Part shown: in pieces, positions 41,304 to 53,204 of the stretch
How positions within the stretch are numbered: position 1 is the stretch's first letter
Layout: every line of letters begins with the position of its first letter
Made by a program: the position numbers and the translations under genes
NCBI GenBank assembly: GCA_964016885.1
Contig: OZ024744.1
Location: forward strand, 54,560,001-54,624,000
Source of the DNA: Eledone cirrhosa
Taxonomy: Eukaryota
Direction: 5' to 3'
Length of the DNA stretch: 64,000 nt
The notes under the pieces: model-generated
The model's database searches: none
What the model was told of the DNA's origin: nothing
What the model saw: only the letters and a program-made list of their open reading frames with translations

Positions 41304-42405
41304 TGTTCTTTGAGTCTCAGTCATTGATGTTATTTAACTGGAAAGTTTGATGAAATGAATATCAAGGTGCTACCTGCAGCCGCAAACATTCAGGACGTAT
41401 CGGAGGGTTCTTGCTGTTCCCAGCAAGCATGTCTTTTGAAAAGTTCCAAAAAGCGGGGCTGGACTAATCTTCTTTAACCATCTTTGGAAACTCTTTGAGA
41501 TAGTACCTAGTGCGCCTATGACAATCGGAACGACCTTGATTTCATGGCAGTTCCAAATCCCTTTTAACTCCCACTTTAAATCCTGGTATCGGTTAATTTT
41601 CTCCCTCTCCTTTTCTTGCACTCTCGTGTCAAATGAGCAGGCTTACATCTACTATCAAGCACGATCTTTTTGCCTTGTCCAAAACCACCAGGTCAGGCCT
41701 ATTGTGTTCTAACTTCTTGTCCGTCTGTATCCTAAAATCCCATAGCACTTTCACCTTATCGTTTTCTATCACCGACTCTGGCTTATGCTCATACCACTTC
41801 TCAGAATGTGGTAAATTGTTTACTTTGCATAGGTGCCAGTGGATCACCCTGCCCATCACATCATGTCTCCAGCCTTTATAGTGAGTCTGGGCTCGGTGTT
41901 TACACTCGGATACAATGTGAGCCACAGTCTCCTCTCTCTCTCCACAGATCCTGCACAGTGAGCTAGCCTCCTCCTTGTCAATATGGTGTTTTACCCACCT
42001 CGTTCTGAGGGCTTCTTCTGCAGCCATTAGCATTCCTTCTGTAGCCTTTTTAAGGTCTCCTCTTTTCAACCAGTTCCATGTCTGTGGATCTCTAAATTCA
42101 GTTTTCTTAAAGAAGGTGCTATGAAGGGATTTTTCATGAAGGTTGCTCTTCCTCCTTGTTGTTATTTCCTCCTTGGATATCCCCTGGTCTATTGTCCTCT
42201 CCTTCAGTACAATTCTGAGCATTGGCTCCCTACTGTCAGTCACGTATTTGTGTAGGTTGTTTTTCTCCATCTGAACACAGTCCTCTATGCTGATAAGACC
42301 TCTTCCACCTTCAGATCTCCTTAAGTAGAGTCTATCGACATCACTCCTCTTGTGGAACATGTTGTAGATAGTCATTAGCTTCCTAGTCTTCCTATCCATT
42401 TCTTT
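41304..42405 (-). mobile_element. R4/Dong-clade LINE family 1, 5'-truncated (CCHC knuckle plus RLE)
   Basis: RLYLRRSEGGRGL..CRICGEREETVAHIVSEC..RHD..WYEHKPESV..LWDFRIQTD..RPDLVV..EKINRYQDL..VPIVIGALG. The 3' end runs into (TAA)n. Confidence 0.9.
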
Positions 42406-42407
42406 TT

Positions 42408-42556
42408 ATGTTCAAATCTCGCCGAGGTTATCTTTGCCTTTCATCCTTACTGGGTCGATAAAATAAAGTACCAGTAACGACTGGGGTCGATTTAATCAAC
42501 GTTTCCATCCACCCCCTCAAAAATTGCTGGCCTTGTGCCTAAATCAAACCAGAAAC
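42408..42556 (+). mobile_element. 5'-truncated MetaSINE
   Basis: GTTCAAATC..GCCGAGG..CTTTGCCTTTCATCCTTAC..GGTCGATAAAATAAAGTACCAG..GCTGGCCTTGTGCCTAAA, ATT tail. Confidence 0.8.
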
Positions 42557-42569
42557 CATTATTATTATT

Positions 42570-43323
42570 GGCCTGGCAGTGCCACCGAGGAGCTTTGCCA
42601 GCTCGGGATAAACTCTACAGGCTTGGAAGTGCTGTCAGCCGGGCATGTCCAAGATGTGCGCAGGGCGACGAAACAGTCCTGCACACACTCGTCCAGGGTC
42701 CGAGTATTGCTGACTTATGGGTTTATGTCGAACACCTGCTGTCACGTGTAGAACGGATCCGGCTATCAGCTGAGTCCATCGTGAGGATTGCTCCGCCCTC
42801 TTCCTTTAGCCGGAAAGGGCAGGCAGTTTTTATCTGTCTGGTGGCCATGGCGAAAGAGATAGTGTGGTGGACACGTCTGAAAGGGCTGAAGACGAGCACT
42901 TACCTCTTCGGTGATGCCCTGATTAACTTTTTCAAATTTCATTTAAAAAGGAAAATCAGGGTAGAGAGGGAAGTGCTCTTCCCAGCATTTTGCCTCTCAT
43001 ATGGGTGAGAGAGGCAAGAATGGCCCTTGTGAATGGGCCTACTCTGAGTATGTGTCTGTAAATTGAAGGTGGAAAACTGGGGGAGGGCACTTGCCTTGGT
43101 GGTCAGGGTCACCGTGGCTTTTTTAATGGGCTTTCTCCACGATGGCCCTCAGAAGTCTCCCTCCCATTGGGGAATTTTTCATTGTTTCTTTTTGTTACAT
43201 CCTGTTTTTGTTTTTTTTACACGCAGAAATGCCCATTTGTAACGTCCTTTATTGTCCTGTATTCTCCTGTACTGTACTTAATGTCTTACTTTGTGTAAAC
43301 CCTTGTGGTTAATAAAGAAATCC
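42570..43323 (+). mobile_element. 5'-truncated Tx1/L1-clade LINE
   Basis: LAWQCHRGALP..CPRCAQGDETVLHTL zinc knuckle. The 3' end CCCTTGTGGTTAATAAAGAAATC is followed by (ATT)n. Homologous to 51790-52416. Confidence 0.85.
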
Positions 43324-43367
<44 letters not shown>

Positions 43368-43369
<2 letters not shown>

Positions 43370-46300
43370 AGTTGCATTTATCTTGCTTTATGTTCATACG
43401 AGTTATCACCAAGTCACAACCAGTGACCTCAAGAGACAACAAGGTCCACCATGTTCAAGAAAGAACATACATACACACACATGCATCTTTAGGTGTTTAG
43501 ACTTGTGATGTACTTATATTGACAGAATCTTCCTTAGTATATGGGCAGTTCCCATTAGTACTATCTTTTGTATTTCTCCTATACGCGGGTTTCCTGGGAT
43601 TTGCGATAAGTAATCATTAGACCCCTTAGGTATCATTCCTAGAGCGCCTACAACCACTGGTATTGTTTTAGTTCTCAATTTCCACATTTTTCCAATTTCT
43701 ATCTCCAGGTCCTTATACTTGCTCAATTTTTCAAATGTTTTTATTGATACATTCTTGTCTATTGGAACGGACATATCAATTAGCAGGCATACCCTCTTTT
43801 TAAAGTCCTTCAGTATTATATCAGGTCTATTTACATCTTTTTTCGGTCTGTTTGGATGCTAAAGTTCCACAAGATTGAGATGTGATCTTTTTCAAGTACG
43901 GGAAGTGGTTGATGCTCCCACCAATTCTTTTGATGGGGCAGGTAAAAATGCAGGTAAAAATGCTTACACATTATGTATTGTGCAGCTCTGTCGTGCCTGT
44001 TTAGGTATTCAGTCTCCGATTTCAGTCCAGAGGATGCCAACCACTGATGGGTTAAAGTTTTGTCAACATCAGGATTGTTAGCTCTTTCTGGGTATTTTCC
44101 ATACAGAGGCTTTTCTTGCCATTTCTTAGCCAGTTTCTGTAGCAGTTCTTTCTTTGCAGTTACTTTTACCTGCCTTGCTTTTTCTGTGTTTTTCATTTCA
44201 GCAGTAAATGGGACTTCTGAAATTTGTAGTCCATTACTGTATCTTTGTGCATCTTTTGTAATGGAATATGATCTTTTGAGGCTTTCATGTTTCAAAACGA
44301 GTTTGATCATCCAATCATGTGATTCCCTTAGATTGTTGCAGCTTTCAACGCAATATCTAACTGGATTAACCCACATCCTCCTTCTTTCCTAGGGAGATAT
44401 ATTCTATCTGTATCTGCCTTAGGGTGATGCATTCTGTGCATGGTTAAGAATTTTCTAGTTTTTGTATCGAGCCTACGGATATCTGTGCTTGACCAGTTGA
44501 TGACATTGTAACTGTAGGTTACTACTGGTATGGCAAGCTTGTTTATGGCATCGATCCTATTCCTTACATTCAATTCCGTTCTTAAGATTGCTCTTACTCT
44601 GCGGTAACATTCCTTCCTTATCCTTTCCCTCATTGTCGAGTGCTTGATTCCGTCTCCTTCACAAACACCTAGATATTTGTAAGTTTTTTCTTGATCAAGT
44701 TCTTTTATCACATTCCCCCGATCAAGATTAATGTCTGAACTTTTCAGCAGCTTTCCTCTGGTGAATGTTGCTTTTGGCGCATTTACCTAGTCCAAACTCC
44801 ATTTTAATGTCATCACTGAACTGCTTCACAGTGGATAATAGCCCTTGCAATTGTTCATCATTTTTTGCAAATAGTTTCAGGTCATCCATGTAGAACAAGT
44901 GACTAATGGTTTTGTCATAGACTTTATATCCATGTTTTATTTCATTGAGTATTTTACTTAATGGTATAAGTGCGATGCAGAATAAAAGCGGTGATAAAGA
45001 GTCACCCTGAAAAATTCCACAATTAATATTAACTTCTCCAGCTTCCAGTGATTTTTTTTCACTATTCAAAAGGAGTGTCGTTTTCCATGTCTTCATACTG
45101 AATGACAGGAACCTCCTGACAACGGGAGATATTTTGAAAATCTCTAAACATTTTTCAATCCAACTGTGTCGCAAACTCAACTATTGAATGCTTTTTTGTA
45201 ATCTATCCAAGCAATTGATAGATTTTTGTGTCTGATCTTTACAGCCATATGAGCCTCGTTTACACCCTTTCTGCTCATTGGGAAATAGATAATTTGTTAT
45301 CAGGTGGTTATATGTATATTCAGTTAGGACTGATGTTAAAATTTTATATATTGTGGTCAAACAAGTTATCGGTCTGTAATTTTTGGGATTGTTTATCTCA
45401 TCATTCTTCGGAAGTAGGAATGTAATGCCGTTAACTAGCCATGATGGTATCTTTTCTGGCTCCTTAACCATTTCATTGTAAAGTTGGGCTAACAGCTCAT
45501 TAGACTCTGTGAAGGCATTTATCCAAAAATTTGGTATTTTGTCTTTTCCTGGGGATTTCCATTTGCTGGTTTTTCTAAGAGCCAAACGCAACTGTTCAAC
45601 TGTTATATTTTCCCATGTTTGTTCCTCAAGGTGAGCTGTATCTTTCATTTGTCTGTCTATCCATGCGGCATGTATGTTATGAACTTTTTCTTCGGCCCAG
45701 ATCTTTTCCCAGAATTCTTGCACTTCCTCCTTGGGTGGTATTGATTTAGTAGTTATTGTTGACTTGCCAATTTTTCTGTAGAAGTTTCTTTGGTTGTTTT
45801 TGAACATATTATTGTCCTTATAGAATCTAGATCGTTTTTCAAAGCGTCTTATACGAGCAGCTTTGGCCGACACTTTTTGCTTGATTATTTCTATCAGCAT
45901 GTCTATGTCACTTGTTGATTTTATACTGTATTTTCTTTTCAATTTTCTAAGTTTAGTTTGTTTAACATGTTCACCTACTTTGTAGTTTGTTAAAATTTCT
46001 ATGTCAGATCGGAGAAGGTTTATTTGGCGATTGATGTTCTCTTGCCAAGTAGGTTTTTTGTGGGAATTCCTTTGTTTTTTCATCTTCACTCCACATAAGT
46101 GAGTGGTGACTTTAGCCGATGCATAATAGAGATGATTTAAATCAGTAATGTTTAGTTTGTTTGTGATGATAATGTTTTTGAGAATTATGTTAGTCTTGTG
46201 TATTATCTTTTGGTTCTGTTTGGAGTTCTGGATCTTAGGGAGAGTGTCTCGTTCCCTCATGTCAGATTCTTTCATTTTCATCCATTTGATCATAATTTCA

Positions 46301-47060
46301 TTCTTCAAGTTGGCAAGTTCCTTCTCATTCATTTCTTTATCATTTACGATCTCATTGTTTTCCTTTTGAGTTTCATCTTGAGCATGCACTCCCTCCACTT
46401 TTTCGATCCTTTCTTTAATTTGTTCTGCTGTCAGTGATTCCGCCCCAACCCGCCCGAAGTGTTACAATTTACCTCGGTTTCACTGACACATGTTTCATTT
46501 TCCCTTCGCTGACTTTGTGCTAATAGCTTGATCTGATCAATTTCTATATCAGTTTGTAACTTTTTTTTTACAATATTTCTTCGTATATTGGCTAGTTTGT
46601 TACTGTCAATATAGCCTCTGTTTTCGGGATGTTTCTTTTTCCAGTTGATATATGTCTGTTCTGTATTCGATCTATTTGATGGGTAGTACATGGCAGTGTA
46701 GAAAGCCTCAAGGACTTCGTTATTGTCTTCCCTTGACCATTTTTCTCTCTTTTTCTTTGGATTTCTTGGTGGTGAGCGTGGAGGGCCAACAGTAGGAGTA
46801 TTCCGGTTATGGGAGGTCTCCAGCTCCGAATTGATGGGAAGGTTTGAACCATTAGATGATTTTTCGACCCCAGTCTGGTTTCTCTCTGAGGGACGTGGCC
46901 TTTTTTGACATGGGTGACGGCCAATCCGGTATGAGATTTTATCATTTGACATTGACTTTATTTGCATTTTATCCTTAACCACCAAGGGGTAATCATTTCG
47001 TGTCAACGAGTGTCAACCAAGACTAGAGGGGTCGTCCTCCCCTAGAGACACGGCTATACT
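43368..47060 (-). mobile_element. Near full-length R4/Dong-clade LINE family 2, frameshifted
   Basis: N-terminal REKWSREDN (Myb-like); WKSPGKDKIPNFW..NYRPITCL..EQKGC; GIFQGDSLSPLLF..HLFYMDDLKLFAK; YKYLG; RPDII..IDMSVP..EKLSKYKDL..IPVVVGALG. The 3' end runs into (TAA)n. Confidence 0.92.
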
Positions 47061-47128
47061 TTTTTTTTTTTTTAAATTGTTATTATCATGAGTGGTTCCT
47101 TATTATTATTTTTGTTTCTATTATTATT

Positions 47129-50100
47129 GGACGCACATGTATGAAGACGTACAAGTCTGCGGGGGAAAAGGTTCGTAACTTTAAGCTGTTTTAAAGTATC
47201 ATTTTTTTGTATTTTCTTGTCGTTAACGAAACATAAGGTACCCACGTTGGTCTCAAGGCAGAGAGACCTCTCAATATTCTGGCTTTAATCCCGAATATTC
47301 AGATTTATTTTTAAAAACTTCGAAAAAAATCGCTTCCCCATCAAAAAAAAAAAATGGAAATTGTCGACCTTGAAACGGTAAACAACGTTCAGGTCAAAAG
47401 TTCAAAAGCAGCCACTGTAGATCTCACCACAACTACGACTACTACAGACATGTCTGTCGTCCATTCCACTGAATATGAAGGCAAAACTCAAAAGTTACCA
47501 TCACAACCGCTCCCTTCTGTGTTAGCAGCAGTATCATCCGAAAACGACATCACCACCACCACCACAACAACAACGACAATAACACTGACAGCTTCAATGT
47601 AAACACGGATGGCGGTGGCAACAGCAACAACAAACAAAACAGCACCAACAACAACAGCAAGAACGACAACACCAACAACAAGAGCAACAGAGGCACCACC
47701 TTTGCTGCAGTAGCAGCAAAAACAAAACGCTTATTGAATATTGATATTAGCGATAAAGACGAACAGTTGGCCCAGGCGTGCAGGCTAATTAAACGGGAGA
47801 AGTCCTGGTTAAACCTGACTATCCCGGATGGGGCAATGCAAAGGAGGACGGTGTACTTTCGATGCATTTCGGTGCAGACGCGCAAAGTGGAACTTGCCAG
47901 CCAAGCAGAGGTCGAGGCTGCTTTGGAGTGCATCGGAAGTGACATAGAGTATAAAGCAAGGGCCAAACAGTTCGGTACCATCTTGGTACTGTTCAAAACC
48001 GAGGCATTTGCTATTAAGCACTCGGTGACCCCCTGCAGAACGGAACGCATTATCATGCACCCGCCCTACATGGGTAAAAGGACAGTAAAGGTCCGCATTC
48101 CCAGCACCCCACCAGGAATGAGCATATGGTGGCTCCTGGGATGCGTAATCGAGGAGGAGACAGACACTACCCCCCTGGATATCAAAAGGACAGAGATAGA
48201 AGACAGGTCCGGCCCAATTATACTCATAGACAAAACAATAACGCACACACAGCCACAGACCCTTTGTTTTCCAGCAGCGAAGATGAAGGAAAACCCAAAA
48301 GTGCAAAAAAAAACCAGAGAAAACTCACCAAAGAAAAAAGCCCCAACAAAACATAACAACATACACAACAAAAAATACAGACACCACTAACGCAAACACT
48401 TCCCCAATAACATCAGCACCAACAGCAACAGCAACACCACCACCACAATCCCCGAAACGCAAACAACCTAAACAAACACAAGTACAAATAAACACACAAA
48501 TACCTGAAATTGCAGACACCACACCTACAACAAACACAGACATACCCGAAGCAACACCACCAAAATCATCACCACCACAGTCACCAAAACGAAAACAAAT
48601 AAAACCACACCAACAAAATGTTAAAAACTTCGTGCTTGTCAGAAGGGCCAACAATAAACTTATGGCCCTCTTAGCACGAAGCGAGGACATTCAAACAGAG
48701 GGGGAGATTTTTGAAATGAGCACATTTTGCGTGCCAGAAGATTTGCTTCTGGTCCGAATGTCACTCGATTCCTTCAAAGAAATTCAGGAGAGCTTTCCTC
48801 AAGACGTGGGAACCCCGAATGTGAAACCCACATCGAGACTTTTAAAGGGGTTCCCATAAGAAAAACCACCAACCATGGAGGTCGAACCACCCGACCTTCA
48901 CAAGACCCCGGGAGGTAAGTAAACCTTCCCTCTCTCTTTTAGTTTGCCAACATGGCCATATTAAGAGTAGGAAGTTTAAATGTTCGCGGCCTGCAGTCAC
49001 TCTGGAAGCAGGATCGCCTGCTCAACGACCTCAGGTCGCTGGAAATGGATGTGATTGCCGTCAGCGAGACCAGAATTTCCGACACGCGCGCACTAGCCCC
49101 CATTTTCGACGACTATCAGATCTTCGCATCTGTTAGCAGGCCGGGAATGGGAGGTGGGGTGGCAGTCCTGTTTAGGAAAGGACTGGATCTCGAGGTAAAG
49201 TCGATCTTCCGGGACCCAGACGGTAAGTTGGTGGTCTTGGATGTGAACAGTAGCGAAGGTGGTGCCTTTAGACTGCTGGCCGTCTACGCCCCTACAGGGG
49301 GCGGACGACCGGACTTCTTTAGGCGCCTGGAGACCTTTCTGGGTACGTCTCGCAATTTACTGTTAGCGGGGGACTGGAATTGCATCTTAGACGCACGCTG
49401 GGATTGTGGGGGAGTAGCTGATAGGAGCGCGGGGTGCAAAAGCCTCAAGCACCTAATCAGCCAGTTCCAACTGTCTGACAGGTATCGACTAGATTTCCCC
49501 AATGCGCCAGTATGGACATGGACCAACCGCATGGGGTAATCTAGATCGTATATAGACAGAATCTAAATCAGGAAAATAGATAGAAATAGTGTAGACTGAC
49601 CACTTTTGTGATCTGCATGGTCGACAAATTTGTGATCTGTATGGTCGACCTAGATAAAACGCGTAGGTTGGGACCGGGTTACTAGAAGCTGAATATGTCA
49701 TTTCCGGCACGTAAGGCCTACAGGGACCGAATCAACAATTTAGTTAAGCAAAAGTTGACAGGGGGGATCATCAACAACAGATGGGGGGGGGGGGGGCTCT
49801 CAAAAGAGAGATTAGAGTAACTTCGATAGAGTTCAGCAAAGAATTAGCGTTAGAGAAAAATAGAAAGGAGGGGGAGCTGGTAGATAAGTTAGACGAGGCT
49901 ATTTGTAGTGGCATTGCAACTGACGTGCTAGCGGCGAGAATGGCTTTGGACCATTTCTTCAATGCTAAACACGAAGGTCGCAGTGTCAGAGCTAAGGCGC
50001 ATGCGCTGAGAAACGAGGGAACCAAAGCTGTTCGATGGGCCCGCGTGGCGGAGGCGCAGCGTGGTAATAAAACACAATTCGGTCCGAGGCGGACTCGAGA

Positions 50101-52416
50101 TAAGCGATTCCAAGCGGATGTGTGAGGCCTTTCGCCAGCACTTTGCTCGGTTGTTCGGGGAGAGTGGCGAGTCAGAGACAGTAGCGGATTTCAGTTCCTA
50201 TTGTGACGGTTTGCCGCGCATCTCGACGGTTGAAGCTAAGCGCTGCGAAAGGACGATTACTTCAGCCGAATTTAAGACGCCCTTGTCGGCTGCATAAGGC
50301 GCAAGTCACCCGGTTTGGGTGGCCTGCCCTACGAGCTTTACGTAAATATGCCAGACTTGTTCTCCGATTTCCTCGAAGCACTCTACTGCAAATAGCAGCA
50401 GAATGGGAGTATTCCCAGTTCTGTGAGAAGGGGAGTGGTGACGCTGATAAGGAAAGGCGAAAACAAGAGGGATACATTAGACAACTTCAGGCCCATAACT
50501 CTGCTCAACACAGAGTTTAAGATTTTGGCCAAGGTGTTAGCAAAGAGATTGGCGCTTGTCGTCGAGGATTTGGTTGGGAGAGGCGCAAAATTGCGCAATC
50601 CCATCCAGGTCCATACACGACAATCTCCACCTCATGCGATACATCATAGAGAGGGTAGGGTATAAACCTGGCTTCGGTGGGGCACTGATCAATTTACATC
50701 AATCGAAAGCATTCGATAGGGTCGACCATCGGTATCTGGAGTTTGTCTTCAAAGCGGCTGGTTTCGGCCCTGTTTTCAGAAGCTGGATCGCTGCAATGCA
50801 CAGCGGCACACGCTCGGTGGTCAAGGTTAATGGCCATCTCTCGGAACCATTTCGGCTCTCCCGATCGGTCCGTCAAGGGTGCCCCCTCTCTTCCCTTCTG
50901 TACGTATTGACTCTCGAGCCTTTACTGCGGAAGCTGGAGCTGTTGCAAGGTATCCCGCTCGAACCGGGACGTGGAAGGGTGGTGTCGGCTTATGCGGATG
51001 ACATCACCGTGATGGTGTCGGACACCTCAGAAATCGAGGTGGTCGGCACCTTATTGAAGGAACATGAAAGGTTGACAGGAGCCAAACTTAACCCGGAAAA
51101 GTCGGTGGGCTTGCAGCTCGGAACCTGGAGAGGCAAGCCTATGCCGTCCAACAGCGCTGGACGGACGGACCGGTAAAGTTGCTCGGGGTTTGGTTCGGAC
51201 CAGACCTCCAGGTGGAAAAGATTTGGGATGAGGTAACGAGCAGAGTAGCCAGTCTCACCCAAAAAATGGGCTGGGAGGAAGCTATCACTGAAAGGTCGCG
51301 CGGAGGTGGCGAATGCGTACATCGCGTCCATCATCTACTACCGCCTGACCGTCGTGCCTTGCCCCCGTCCGTGCCTCGTCAAGTTGGAACGGCCCCTCTT
51401 CAAATTCTTGTGGAGAGGACAAGTTCCGTTGGTGAGAGGGTCCATCTGCTGCCAGCACCCTCTACGCGGAGGGCTGGGCATGCCGTGGCTAATGATGCAC
51501 AGACATGCGTTGATGCTGCGACATTTCCAGATAATCTAAACGGTGAACAGGTGTGGTCGCCGTTTATCAGATGGGCCTTTCCGCAGCTCGTTTCTTTGAC
51601 TGAACTGAAGTCCTGGGTCAAGAAGAGACCGAGACTGGGTGACTGGCACCTGGAATGTTGCCAGGCACTCACTGCCCTCTACCAAGCGGGCAATGCGATC
51701 AGTGGAACTTCCACTCTCGAATTCTATAGAGGATTAGTGGTTGGTAAGTGCGATGACGCACTCGGAGAAGCTTTGGGCCTCGACGAATTGGAATTATGTC
51801 GAACAGCTACTGTCGCGTTTGGAACGAATCCGGCTATCGGCCGAGTCAATAGTGAAGATCAAACCGCCGCCTTCCTTAGGTCAGGAAGAGCAGGAAATTT
51901 TCCTCTGTCTGGTGGCCGTTGCGAAAGAAGTTATATGGTGGACCAGATTAAAACGACAGAAGACAGAAACTTTTCTCTTCGGCCAATCCCTTATCAACTT
52001 CTTCAAGTTTCACGTGGAAAGGAAGGTGAGAGTTGAGAGAGAAGTGCTGCCCCCCCCCCAGTACATTTGCTAAAAGGTGGATGAATGTGGAGAGAATGGC
52101 CCGTCTGAATGGGCCTACTCTGACCATGCGCCTATAGGCTAGCTAACTTGAGGAGAGGGGTGCTCTCCCTGGGTTCCCTAGAAGCGCAGGGTGGTTCAGG
52201 ATTGGTGGGGTACCTGAGTCACCCCAGGGTCGTCCACCCCCTATCGGGGAATTTATTTTGTTTTATTTATGCATAGTTTATTTTATATTTTTATATCTTC
52301 GTTGTTAAATTAGTCTTGCCATTGTGCACTTTTACTCGACCTTATTGTAAACGCCCACTGTCCCTGTCTTTGAATTGTCCCCTACATGTCGGCCCTTGTG
52401 GCTAATAAATGAAATC
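47129..52416 (+). mobile_element. Near full-length Tx1/L1-clade LINE (decayed ORF1 about 47354-48860; ORF2 APE-RT about 48952-52135 with stops)
   Basis: GSLNVRGL..SETR..GVAVLF..AVYAP..AGDWNC; FRPITLLNTEFKILAKVLAKRL; SKAFDRVDH; VRQGCPLS; AYADDIT. Flanked by ATT repeats, with AATAAA near the 3' end. Confidence 0.92.
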
Positions 52417-52437
52417 ATTATTATTATTATTATTATT

Positions 52438-52626
52438 AAGGGCGGTGGATTGGCAGTATCGGTAGAGGGTCGGACACCATGCTTTCCAGCATAGTTACGT
52501 CCCTTCACGATCTGAGTTCAAATCCCGCCGAGGTGGACTTTGCCTTTCATCCTTACGGGGTCGATAAAATAAAAGTATCAGTAATGCACTGGGTAATTTG
52601 CTGGCCTTGTGCCTAAAGTAGAAACA

Positions 52627-52627
<1 letters not shown>
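52438..52627 (+). mobile_element. Full-length MetaSINE-like SINE
   Basis: GGCGGTGGATTGGCAGTATCGGTAGAG..GAGTTCAAATCCCGCCGAGG..CTTTGCCTTTCATCCTTACGGGGTCGATAAAAT, followed by (ATT)n. Confidence 0.85.
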
Positions 52628-52676
<49 letters not shown>

Positions 52677-52678
<2 letters not shown>

Positions 52679-53125
52679 TTTGAGTCTCAGTCATTGATGT
52701 TAGTTAACTGGAAAGTTTGTTGAAATGAATATCAAGCCACTACCTGCAGCCTCAGATATTCAGGACGTATCGGAGGGTTCTTGCTGTTCCCAGCAAGCAT
52801 GCCTTTTGAAGTGTTCCAAAAAGCGGGGCTGGACTAATTTTCTTTAACCATCCCTGGAAACTTTTCGAGATAGTCCCCAGTGCACCTATGACAATCGGGA
52901 CCACTTTGACTTCATGGCAGTTCCAAATCCTTTTTACCTCCCACTTTAGGTGCTGGTATCTGTTAATTTTCTCCCTCTCCTTCTCTTGCACTCTCGTGTC
53001 GAATGGGCAGGTCACATCCACAAGCAGGCACGATCTTTTTTCTTTGTCCAAAACCACCAGGTCAGGTCTATTGTGTTCCAGTTTCTTGTCCGTCTGAATC
53101 CTAAAATCCCACAGCACCTTCACCT
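52677..53125 (-). mobile_element. R4/Dong family 1, short 5'-truncated copy
   Basis: KVLWDFRIQTDKKLEHNRPDLVV..DVTCPFD..EKINRY..VPIVIGALG, with (ATT)n on both sides. Confidence 0.9.
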
Positions 53126-53137
53126 TATTATTATTAC

Positions 53138-53176
<39 letters not shown>

Positions 53177-53204
53177 CATTATTATTACTATATATATATA
53201 TAAT

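Noticed and set aside
46960-47060. HDV-like ribozyme at the 5' end of the Dong element
   Set aside because: CGTGTC/GACACG pairing and a hairpin are visible, but P1.1, P3 and J4/2 could not be assigned.
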